In this document: positions 11,401 through 24,000 of the stretch, one piece after another
Position numbering within the stretch: position 1 is the stretch's first letter
How the letters are laid out: every line of letters starts with the position of its first letter
Assembly: GCA_964057225.1 (NCBI GenBank)
Contig: OZ059898.1
Span: forward strand, 558,001-622,000
Reading direction: 5' to 3'
Length of the DNA: 64,000 nt
Source: Auanema rhodensis
Lineage: Eukaryota > Animalia > Nematoda
Program-made: the position numbers and the translations under genes
The notes under the pieces: generated by a model
The model's input: the letters and a program-made list of their open reading frames with translations, nothing else
The model's database searches: none
Told to the model about the DNA's origin: nothing

Positions 11401-14400
11401 AGATATCAACTGATATAAGTTCACACTTATATCCTCGATTTTCACCCTGAAGAATTAATTTTTTCGTTGAATAACATTGTCCATCGTCTTTGCCTTGAAA
11501 AAAGGAATTTAAAAACATCTACTTTTTGCTAAATTATTTTGAAATTTTTCGAAAAAATTTTTGTCAAAATGTTTTTGGAAGCAATGTTGAGTGTACATGG
11601 AAACTCAACATACACTAATGCATCATTTTTCAAACGATCATAACTAATTTTTGTATTAAGCGTTTCTCAATGTAGTATAGTGCATTCGATGCGGATTTTT
11701 AAGCTGCGTCGATCTGTGTTATCAGATTTGCGCTAGCTTAAAAATCCACCGAGATATCAACTGATATAAGTTCACACTTATATCCTCGATTTTCACCCTG
11801 AAGAATTAATTTTTTCGTTGAATAACATTGTCCATCGTCTTTGCCTTGAAAAAAGGAATCTAAAAACATCTACTTTTTGCTAAATTATTTTGAAATTTTT
11901 CGAAAAAATTTTTGTCAAAATGTTTTTGGAAGCAATGTTGAGTGTACATGGAAACTCAACATACACTAATGCATCATTTTTCAAACGATCATAACTAATT
12001 TTTGTATTAAGCGTTTCTCAATGTAGTATAGTGCATTCGATGCGGATTTTTAAGCTGCGTCGATCTGTGTTATCAGATTTGCGCTAGCTTAAAAATGCAC
12101 CGAGATATCAACTGATATAAGTTCACACTTATATCCTCGATTTTCACCCTGAAGAATTAATTTTTTCGTTGAATAACATTGTCCATCGTCTTTGCCTTGA
12201 AAAAAGGAATCTAAAAACATCTACTTTTTGCTAAATTATTTTGAAATTTTTCGAAAAAATTTTTGTCAAAATGTTTTTGGAAGCAATGTTGAGTGTACAT
12301 GGAAACTCAACATACACTAATGCATCATTTTTCAAACGATCATAACTAATTTTTGTATTAAGCGTTTCTCAATGTAGTATAGTGCATTCGATGCGGATTT
12401 TTAAGCTGCGTCGATCTGTGTTATCAGATTTGCGCTAGCTTAAAAATGCACCGAGATATCAACTGATATAAGTTCACACTTATATCCTCGATTTTCACCC
12501 TGAAGAATTAATTTTTTCGTTGAATAACATTGTCCATCGTCTTTGCCTTGAAAAAAGGAATCTAAAAACATCTACTTGTTGCTAAATTATTTTGAAATTT
12601 TTCGAAAAAATTTTTGTCAAAATGTTTTTGGAAGCAATGTTGAGTGTACATGGAAACTCAACATACACTAATGCATTATTTTTCAAACGATCATAACTAA
12701 TTTTTGTATTAAGCGTTTCTCAATGTAGTATAGTGCATTCGATGCGGATTTTTAAGCTGCGTCGATCTGTGTTATCAGATTTGCGCTAGCTTAAAAATGC
12801 ACCGAGATATCAACTGATATAAGTTCACACTTATATCCTCGATTTTCACCCTGAAGAATTAATTTTTTCGTTGAATAACATTGTCCATCGTCTTTGCCTT
12901 GAAAAAAGGAATCTAAAAACATCTACTTGTTGCTAAATTATTTTGAAATTTTTCGAAAAAATTTTTGTCAAAATGTTTTTGGAAGCAATGTTGAGTGTAC
13001 ATGGAAACTCAACATACACTAATGCATTATTTTTCAAACGATCATAACTAATTTTTGTATTAAGCGTTTCTCAATGTAGTATAGTGCATTCGATGCGGAT
13101 TTTTAAGCTGCGTCGATCTGTGTTATCAGATTTGCGCTAGCTTAAAAATCCACCGAGATATCAACTGATATAAGTTCACACTTATATCCTCGATTTTCAC
13201 CCTGAAGAATTAATTTTTTCGTTGAATAACATTGTCCATCGTCTTTGCCTTGAAAAAAGAAATTTAAAAACATCTACTTTTTGCTAAATTATTTTGAAAT
13301 TTTTCGAAAAAATTTTTGTCAAAATGTTTTTGGAAGCAATGTTGAGTGTACATGGAAACTCAACATACACTAATGCATTATTTTTCAAACGATCATAACT
13401 AATTTTTGTATTAAGCGTTTCTCAATGTAGTATAGTGCATTCGATGCGGATTTTTAAGCTGCGTCGATCTGTGTTATCAGATTTGCGCTAGCTTAAAAAT
13501 CCACCGAGATATCAACTGATATAAGTTCACACTTATATCCTCGATTTTCACCCTGAAGAATTAATTTTTTCGTTGAATAACATTGTCCATCGTCTTTGCC
13601 TTGAAAAAAGGAATCTAAAAACATCTACTTTTTGCTAAATTATTTTGAAATTTTTCGAAAAAATTTTTGTCAAAATGTTTTTGGAAGCAATGTTAAGTGT
13701 ACATGGAAACTCAACATACACTAATGCATCATTTTTCAAACGATCATAACTAATTTTTGTATTAAGCGTTTCTCAATGTAGTATAGTGCATTCGATGCGG
13801 ATTTTTAAGCTGCGTCGATCTGTGTTATCAGATTTGCGCTAGCTTAAAAATGCACCGAGATATCAACTGATATAAGTTCACACTTATATCCTCGATTTTC
13901 ACCCTGAAGAATTAATTTTTTCGTTGAATAACATTGTCCATCGTCTTTGCCTTGAAAAAAGGAATCTAAAAACATCTACTTGTTGCTAAATTATTTTGAA
14001 ATTTTTCGAAAAAATTTTTGTCAAAATGTTTTTGGAAGCAATGTTGAGTGTACATGGAAACTCAACATACACTAATGCATTATTTTTCAAACGATCATAA
14101 CTAATTTTTGTATTAAGCGTTTCTCAATGTAGTATAGTGCATTCGATGCGGATTTTTAAGCTGCGTCGATCTGTGTTATCAGATTTGCGCTAGCTTAAAA
14201 ATGCACCGAGATATCAACTGATATAAGTTCACACTTATATCCTCGATTTTCACCCTGAAGAATTAATTTTTTCGTTGAATAACATTGTCCATCGTCTTTG
14301 CCTTGAAAAAAGGAATCTAAAAACATCTACTTGTTGCTAAATTATTTTGAAATTTTTCGAAAAAATTTTTGTCAAAATGTTTTTGGAAGCAATGTTGAGT

Positions 14401-15093
14401 GTACATGGAAACTCAACATACACTAATGCATTATTTTTCAAACGATCATAACTAATTTTTGTATTAAGCGTTTCTCAATGTAGTATAGTGCATTCGATGC
14501 GGATTTTTAAGCTGCGTCGATCTGTGTTATCAGATTTGCGCTAGCTTAAAAATCCACCGAGATATCAACTGATATAAGTTCACACTTATATCCTCGATTT
14601 TCACCCTGAAGAATTAATTTTTTCGTTGAATAACATTGTCCATCGTCTTTGCCTTGAAAAAAGAAATTTAAAAACATCTACTTTTTGCTAAATTATTTTG
14701 AAATTTTTCGAAAAAATTTTTGTCAAAATGTTTTTGGAAGCAATGTTGAGTGTACATGGAAACTCAACATACACTAATGCATCATTTTTCAAACGATCAT
14801 AACTAATTTTTGTATTAAGCGTTTCTCAATGTAGTATAGTGCATTCGATGCGGATTTTTAAGCTGCGTCGATCTGTGTTATCAGATTTGCGCTAGCTTAA
14901 AAATGCACCGAGATATCAACTGATATAAGTTCACACTTATATCCTCGATTTTCACCCTGAAGAATTAATTTTTTCGTTGAATAACATTGTCCATCGTCTT
15001 TGCCTTGAAAAAAGGAATCTAAAAACATCTACTTTTTGCTAAATTATTTTGAAATTTTTCGAAAAAATTTTTGTCAAAATGTTTTTGGAAGCA
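8425..15093 (+). repeat. 4-monomer higher-order repeat (1404 bp), with the pair duplicated at 11-monomer (3861 bp) spacing
   Basis: The pattern [T293G][C41T,T293G][C41T,G163C,G273A,C277T][usually G163C] starts at 8425, 9829, 12286 and 13690. G6A occurs at 9834, 13695 and 15099 (spacings 3861 and 1404). Confidence 0.85.
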
Positions 15094-18000
15094 ATGTTAA
15101 GTGTACATGGAAACTCAACATACACTAATGCATCATTTTTCAAACGATCATAACTAATTTTTGTATTAAGCGTTTCTCAATGTAGTATAGTGCATTCGAT
15201 GCGGATTTTTAAGCTGCGTCGATCTGTGTTATCAGATTTGCGCTAGCTTAAAAATGCACCGAGATATCAACTGATATAAGTTCACACTTATATCCTCGAT
15301 TTTCACCCTGAAGAATTAATTTTTTCGTTGAATAACATTGTGCATCGTCTTTGCCTTGAAAAAAGGTATCTAAAAACATCTACTTTTTGCTAAATTATTT
15401 TGAAATTTTTCGAAAAAATTTTTGTCAAAATGTTTTTGGAAGCAATGTTGAGTGTACATGGAAACTCAACATACACTAATGCATCATTTTTCAAACGATC
15501 ATAACTAATTTTTGTATTAAGCGTTTCTCAATGTAGTATAGTGCATTCGATGCGGATTTTTAAGCTGCGTCGATCTGTGTTATCAGATTTGCGCTAGCTT
15601 AAAAATGCACCGAGATATCAACTGATATAAGTTCACACTTATATCCTCGATTTTCACCCTGAAGAATTAATTTTTTCGTTGAATAACATTGTCCATCGTC
15701 TTTGCCTTGAAAAAAGGAATCTAAAAACATCTACTTTTTGCTAAATTATTTTGAAATTTTTCGAAAAAATTTTTGTCAAAATGTTTTTGGAAGCAATGTT
15801 GAGTGTACATGGAAACTCAACATACACTAATGCATCATTTTTCAAACGATCATAACTAATTTTTGTATTAAGCGTTTCTCAATGTAGTATAGTGCATTCG
15901 ATGCGGATTTTTAAGCTGCGTCGATCTGTGTTATCAGATTTGCGCTAGCTTAAAAATCCACCGAGATATCAACTGATATAAGTTCACACTTATATCCTCG
16001 ATTTTCACCCTGAAGAATTAATTTTTTCGTTGAATAACATTGTCCATCGTCTTTGCCTTGAAAAAAGGAATCTAAAAACATCTACTTTTTGCTAAATTAT
16101 TTTGAAATTTTTCGAAAAAATTTTTGTCAAAATGTTTTTGGAAGCAATGTTGAGTGTACATGGAAACTCAACATACACTAATGCATCATTTTTCAAACGA
16201 TCATAACTAATTTTTGTATTAAGCGTTTCTCAATGTAGTATAGTGCATTCGATGCGGATTTTTAAGCTGCGTCGATCTGTGTTATCAGATTTGCGCTAGC
16301 TTAAAAATGCACCGAGATATCAACTGATATAAGTTCACACTTATATCCTCGATTTTCACCCTGAAGAATTAATTTTTTCGTTGAATAACATTGTCCATCG
16401 TCTTTGCCTTGAAAAAAGGAATCTAAAAACATCTACTTTTTGCTAAATTATTTTGAAATTTTTCGAAAAAATTTTTGTCAAAATGTTTTTGGAAGCAATG
16501 TTGAGTGTACATGGAAACTCAACATACACTAATGCATCATTTTTCAAACGATCATAACTAATTTTTGTATTAAGCGTTTCTCAATGTAGTATAGTGCATT
16601 CGATGCGGATTTTTAAGCTGCGTCGATCTGTGTTATCAGATTTGCGCTAGCTTAAAAATCCACCGAGATATCAACTGATATAAGTTCACACTTATATCCT
16701 CGATTTTCACCCTGAAGAATTAATTTTTTCGTTGAATAACATTGTCCATCGTCTTTGCCTTGAAAAAAGGAATCTAAAAACATCTACTTTTTGCTAAATT
16801 ATTTTGAAATTTTTCGAAAAAATTTTTGTCAAAATGTTTTTGGAAGCAATGTTGAGTGTACATGGAAACTCAACATACACTAATGCATCATTTTTCAAAC
16901 GATCATAACTAATTTTTGTATTAAGCGTTTCTCAATGTAGTATAGTGCATTCGATGCGGATTTTTAAGCTGCGTCGATCTGTGTTATCAGATTTGCGCTA
17001 GCTTAAAAATGCACCGAGATATCAACTGATATAAGTTCACACTTATATCCTCGATTTTCACCCTGAAGAATTAATTTTTTCGTTGAATAACATTGTCCAT
17101 CGTCTTTGCCTTGAAAAAAGGAATCTAAAAACATCTACTTTTTGCTAAATTATTTTGAAATTTTTCGAAAAAATTTTTGTCAAAATGTTTTTGGAAGCAA
17201 TGTTGAGTGTACATGGAAACTCAACATACACTAATGCATCATTTTTCAAACGATCATAACTAATTTTTGTATTAAGCGTTTCTCAATGTAGTATAGTGCA
17301 TTCGATGCGGATTTTTAAGCTGCGTCGATCTGTGTTATCAGATTTGCGCTAGCTTAAAAATGCACCGAGATATCAACTGATATAAGTTCACACTTATATC
17401 CTCGATTTTCACCCTGAAGAATTAATTTTTTCGTTGAATAACATTGTCCATCGTCTTTGCCTTGAAAAAAGGAATCTAAAAACATCTACTTTTTGCTAAA
17501 TTATTTTGAAATTTTTCGAAAAAATTTTTGTCAAAATGTTTTTGGAAGCAATGTTGAGTGTACATGGAAACTCAACATACACTAATGCATCATTTTTCAA
17601 ACGATCATAACTAATTTTTGTATTAAGCGTTTCTCAATGTAGTATAGTGCATTCGATGCGGATTTTTAAGCTGCGTCGATCTGTGTTATCAGATTTGCGC
17701 TAGCTTAAAAATGCACCGAGATATCAACTGATATAAGTTCACACTTATATCCTCGATTTTCACCCTGAAGAATTAATTTTTTCGTTGAATAACATTGTCC
17801 ATCGTCTTTGCCTTGAAAAAAGGAATCTAAAAACATCTACTTTTTGCTAAATTATTTTGAAATTTTTCGAAAAAATTTTTGTCAAAATGTTTTTGGAAGC
17901 AATGTTGAGTGTACATGGAAACTCAACATACACTAATGCATCATTTTTCAAACGATCATAACTAATTTTTGTATTAAGCGTTTCTCAATGTAGTATAGTG

Positions 18001-21000
18001 CATTCGATGCGGATTTTTAAGCTGCGTCGATCTGTGTTATCAGATTTGCGCTAGCTTAAAAATGCACCGAGATATCAACTGATATAAGTTCACACTTATA
18101 TCCTCGATTTTCACCCTGAAGAATTAATTTTTTCGTTGAATAACATTGTCCATCGTCTTTGCCTTGAAAAAAGGAATCTAAAAACATCTACTTTTTGCTA
18201 AATTATTTTGAAATTTTTCGAAAAAATTTTTGTCAAAATGTTTTTGGAAGCAATGTTGAGTGTACATGGAAACTCAACATACACTAATGCATCATTTTTC
18301 AAACGATCATAACTAATTTTTGTATTAAGCGTTTCTCAATGTAGTATAGTGCATTCGATGCGGATTTTTAAGCTGCGTCGATCTGTGTTATCAGATTTGC
18401 GCTAGCTTAAAAATGCACCGAGATATCAACTGATATAAGTTCACACTTATATCCTCGATTTTCACCCTGAAGAATTAATTTTTTCGTTGAATAACATTGT
18501 CCATCGTCTTTGCCTTGAAAAAAGGAATCTAAAAACATCTACTTGTTGCTAAATTATTTTGAAATTTTTCGAAAAAATTTTTGTCAAAATGTTTTTGGAA
18601 GCAATGTTGAGTGTACATGGAAACTCAACATACACTAATGCATTATTTTTCAAACGATCATAACTAATTTTTGTATTAAGCGTTTCTCAATGTAGTATAG
18701 TGCATTCGATGCGGATTTTTAAGCTGCGTCGATCTGTGTTATCAGATTTGCGCTAGCTTAAAAATGCACCGAGATATCAACTGATATAAGTTCACACTTA
18801 TATCCTCGATTTTCACCCTGAAGAATTAATTTTTTCGTTGAATAACATTGTCCATCGTCTTTGCCTTGAAAAAAGGAATCTAAAAACATCTACTTGTTGC
18901 TAAATTATTTTGAAATTTTTCGAAAAAATTTTTGTCAAAATGTTTTTGGAAGCAATGTTGAGTGTACATGGAAACTCAACATACACTAATGCATTATTTT
19001 TCAAACGATCATAACTAATTTTTGTATTAAGCGTTTCTCAATGTAGTATAGTGCATTCGATGCGGATTTTTAAGCTGCGTCGATCTGTGTTATCAGATTT
19101 GCGCTAGCTTAAAAATCCACCGAGATATCAACTGATATAAGTCCACACTTATATCCTCGATTTTCACCCTGAAGAATTAATTTTTTCGTTGAATAACATT
19201 GTCCATCGTCTTTGCCTTGAAAAAAGGAATTTAAAAACATCTACTTTTTGCTAAATTATTTTGAAATTTTTCGAAAAAATTTTTGTCAAAATGTTTTTGG
19301 AAGCAATGTTGAGTGTACATGGAAACTCAACATACACTAATGCATCATTTTTCAAACGATCATAACTAATTTTTGTATTAAGCGTTTCTCAATGTAGTAT
19401 AGTGCATTCGATGCGGATTTTTAAGCTGCGTCGATCTGTGTTATCAGATTTGCGCTAGCTTAAAAATCCACCGAGATATCAACTGATATAAGTTCACACT
19501 TATATCCTCGATTTTCACCCTGAAGAATTAATTTTTTCGTTGAATAACATTGTCCATCGTCTTTGCCTTAAAAAAAGGAATCTAAAAACATCTACTTTTT
19601 GCTAAATTATTTTGAAATTTTTCGAAAAAATTTTTGTCAAAATGTTTTTGGAAGCAATGTTGAGTGTACATGGAAACTCAACATACACTAATGCATCATT
19701 TTTCAAACGATCATAACTAATTTTTGTATTAAGCGTTTCTCAATGTAGTATAGTGCATTCGATGCGGATTTTTAAGCTGCGTCGATCTGTGTTATCAGAT
19801 TTGCGCTAGCTTAAAAATGCACCGAGATATCAACTGATATAAGTTCACACTTATATCCTCGATTTTCACCCTGAAGAATTAATTTTTTCGTTGAATAACA
19901 TTGTCCATCGTCTTTGCCTTGAAAAAAGGAATCTAAAAACATCTACTTGTTGCTAAATTATTTTGAAATTTTTCGAAAAAATTTTTGTCAAAATGTTTTT
20001 GGAAGCAATGTTGAGTGTACATGGAAACTCAACATACACTAATGCATCATTTTTCAAACGATCATAACTAATTTTTGTATTAAGCGTTTCTCAATGTAGT
20101 ATAGTGCATTCGATGCGGATTTTTAAGCTGCGTCGATCTGTGTTATCAGATTTGCGCTAGCTTAAAAATGCACCGAGATATCAACTGATATAAGTTCACA
20201 CTTATATCCTCGATTTTCACCCTGAAGAATTAATTTTTTCGTTGAATAACATTGTCCATCGTCTTTGCCTTGAAAAAAGGAATCTAAAAACATCTACTTT
20301 TTGCTAAATTATTTTGAAATTTTTCGAAAAAATTTTTGTCAAAATGTTTTTGGAAGCAATGTTGAGTGTACATGGAAACTCAACATACACTAATGCATCA
20401 TTTTTCAAACGATCATAACTAATTTTTGTATTAAGCGTTTCTCAATGTAGTATAGTGCATTCGATGCGGATTTTTAAGCTGCGTCGATCTGTGTTATCAG
20501 ATTTGCGCTAGCTTAAAAATGCACCGAGATATCAACTGATATAAGTTCACACTTATATCCTCGATTTTCACCCTGAAGAATTAATTTTTTCGTTGAATAA
20601 CATTGTCCATCGTCTTTGCCTTGAAAAAAGGAATCTAAAAACATCTACTTGTTGCTAAATTATTTTGAAATTTTTCGAAAAAATTTTTGTCAAAATGTTT
20701 TTGGAAGCAATGTTGAGTGTACATGGAAACTCAACATACACTAATGCATTATTTTTCAAACGATCATAACTAATTTTTGTATTAAGCGTTTCTCAATGTA
20801 GTATAGTGCATTCGATGCGGATTTTTAAGCTGCGTCGATCTGTGTTATCAGATTTGCGCTAGCTTAAAAATGCACCGAGATATCAACTGATATAAGTTCA
20901 CACTTATATCCTCGATTTTCACCCTGAAGAATTAATTTTTTCGTTGAATAACATTGTCCATCGTCTTTGCCTTGAAAAAAGGAATCTAAAAACATCTACT

Positions 21001-24000
21001 TGTTGCTAAATTATTTTGAAATTTTTCGAAAAAATTTTTGTCAAAATGTTTTTGGAAGCAATGTTGAGTGTACATGGAAACTCAACATACACTAATGCAT
21101 TATTTTTCAAACGATCATAACTAATTTTTGTATTAAGCGTTTCTCAATGTAGTATAGTGCATTCGATGCGGATTTTTAAGCTGCGTCGATCTGTGTTATC
21201 AGATTTGCGCTAGCTTAAAAATGCACCGAGATATCAACTGATATAAGTTCACACTTATATCCTCGATTTTCACCCTGAAGAATTAATTTTTTCGTTGAAT
21301 AACATTGTCCATCGTCTTTGCCTTGAAAAAAGGAATCTAAAAACATCTACTTGTTGCTAAATTATTTTGAAATTTTTCGAAAAAATTTTTGTCAAAATGT
21401 TTTTGGAAGCAATGTTGAGTGTACATGGAAACTCAACATACACTAATGCATCATTTTTCAAACGATCATAACTAATTTTTGTATTAAGCGTTTCTCAATG
21501 TAGTATAGTGCATTCGATGCGGATTTTTAAGCTGCGTCGATCTGTGTTATCAGATTTGCGCTAGCTTAAAAATGCACCGAGATATCAACTGATATAAGTT
21601 CACACTTATATCCTCGATTTTCACCCTGAAGAATTAATTTTTTCGTTGAATAACATTGTCCATCGTCTTTGCCTTGAAAAAAGGAATCTAAAAACATCTA
21701 CTTGTTGCTAAATTATTTTGAAATTTTTCGAAAAAATTTTTGTCAAAATGTTTTTGGAAGCAATGTTGAGTGTACATGGAAACTCAACATACACTAATGC
21801 ATTATTTTTCAAACGATCATAACTAATTTTTGTATTAAGCGTTTCTCAATGTAGTATAGTGCATTCGATGCGGATTTTTAAGCTGCGTCGATCTGTGTTA
21901 TCAGATTTGCGCTAGCTTAAAAATGCACCGAGATATCAACTGATATAAGTTCACACTTATATCCTCGATTTTCACCCTGAAGAATTAATTTTTTCGTTGA
22001 ATAACATTGTCCATCGTCTTTGCCTTGAAAAAAGGAATCTAAAAACATCTACATGTTGCTAAATTATTTTGAAATTTTTCGAAAAAATTTTTGTCAAAAT
22101 GTTTTTGGAAGCAATGTTGAGTGTACATGGAAACTCAACATACACTAATGCATTATTTTTCAAACGATCATAACTAATTTTTGTATTAAGCGTTTCTCAA
22201 TGTAGTATAGTGCATTCGATGCGGATTTTTAAGCTGCGTCGATCTGTGTTATCAGATTTGCGCTAGCTTAAAAATCCACCGAGATATCAACTGATATAAG
22301 TCCACACTTATATCCTCGATTTTCACCCTGAAGAATTAATTTTTTCGTTGAATAACATTGTCCATCGTCTTTGCCTTGAAAAAAGGAATTCAAAAACATC
22401 TACTTTTTGCTAAATTATTTTGAAATTTTTCGAAAAAATTTTTGTCAAAATGTTTTTGGAAGCAATGTTGAGTGTACATGGAAACTCAACATACACTAAT
22501 GCATCATTTTTCAAACGATCATAACTAATTTTTGTATTAAGCGTTTCTCAATGTAGTATAGTGCATTCGATGCGGATTTTTAAGCTGCGTCGATCTGTGT
22601 TATCAGATTTGCGCTAGCTTAAAAATCCACCGAGATATCAACTGATATAAGTTCACACTTATATCCTCGATTTTCACCCTGAAGAATTAATTTTTTCGTT
22701 GAATAACATTGTCCATCGTCTTTGCCTTGAAAAAAGGAATCTAAAAACATCTACTTTTTGCTAAATTATTTTGAAATTTTTCGAAAAAATTTTTGTCAAA
22801 ATGTTTTTGGAAGCAATGTTGAGTGTACATGGAAACTCAACATACACTAATGCATCATTTTTCAAACGATCATAACTAATTTTTGTATTAAGCGTTTCTC
22901 AATGTAGTATAGTGCATTCGATGCGGATTTTTAAGCTGCGTCGATCTGTGTTATCAGATTTGCGCTAGCTTAAAAATGCACCGAGATATCAACTGATATA
23001 AGTTCACACTTATATCCTCGATTTTCACCCTGAAGAATTAATTTTTTCGTTGAATAACATTGTCCATCGTCTTTGCCTTGAAAAAAGGAATCTAAAAACA
23101 TCTACTTTTTGCTAAATTATTTTGAAATTTTTCGAAAAAATTTTTGTCAAAATGTTTTTGGAAGCAATGTTGAGTGTACATGGAAACTCAACATACACTA
23201 ATGCATCATTTTTCAAACGATCATAACTAATTTTTGTATTAAGCGTTTCTCAATGTAGTATAGTGCATTCGATGCGGATTTTTAAGCTGCGTCGATCTGT
23301 GTTATCAGATTTGCGCTAGCTTAAAAATGCACCGAGATATCAACTGATATAAGTTCACACTTATATCCTCGATTTTCACCCTGAAGAATTAATTTTTTCG
23401 TTGAATAACATTGTCCATCGTCTTTGCCTTGAAAAAAGGAATCTAAAAACATCTACTTGTTGCTAAATTATTTTGAAATTTTTCGAAAAAATTTTTGTCA
23501 AAATGTTTTTGGAAGCAATGTTGAGTGTACATGGAAACTCAACATACACTAATGCATTATTTTTCAAACGATCATAACTAATTTTTGTATTAAGCGTTTC
23601 TCAATGTAGTATAGTGCATTCGATGCGGATTTTTAAGCTGCGTCGATCTGTGTTATCAGATTTGCGCTAGCTTAAAAATCCACCGAGATATCAACTGATA
23701 TAAGTTCACACTTATATCCTCGATTTTCACCCTGAAGAATTAATTTTTTCGTTGAATAACATTGTCCATCGTCTTTGCCTTGAAAAAAGGAATCTAAAAA
23801 CATCTACTTTTTGCTAAATTATTTTGAAATTTTTCGAAAAAATTTTTGTCAAAATGTTTTTGGAAGCAATGTTGAGTGTACATGGAAACTCAACATACAC
23901 TAATGCATCATTTTTCAAACGATCATAACTAATTTTTGTATTAAGCGTTTCTCAATGTAGTATAGTGCATTCGATGCGGATTTTTAAGCTGCGTCGATCT

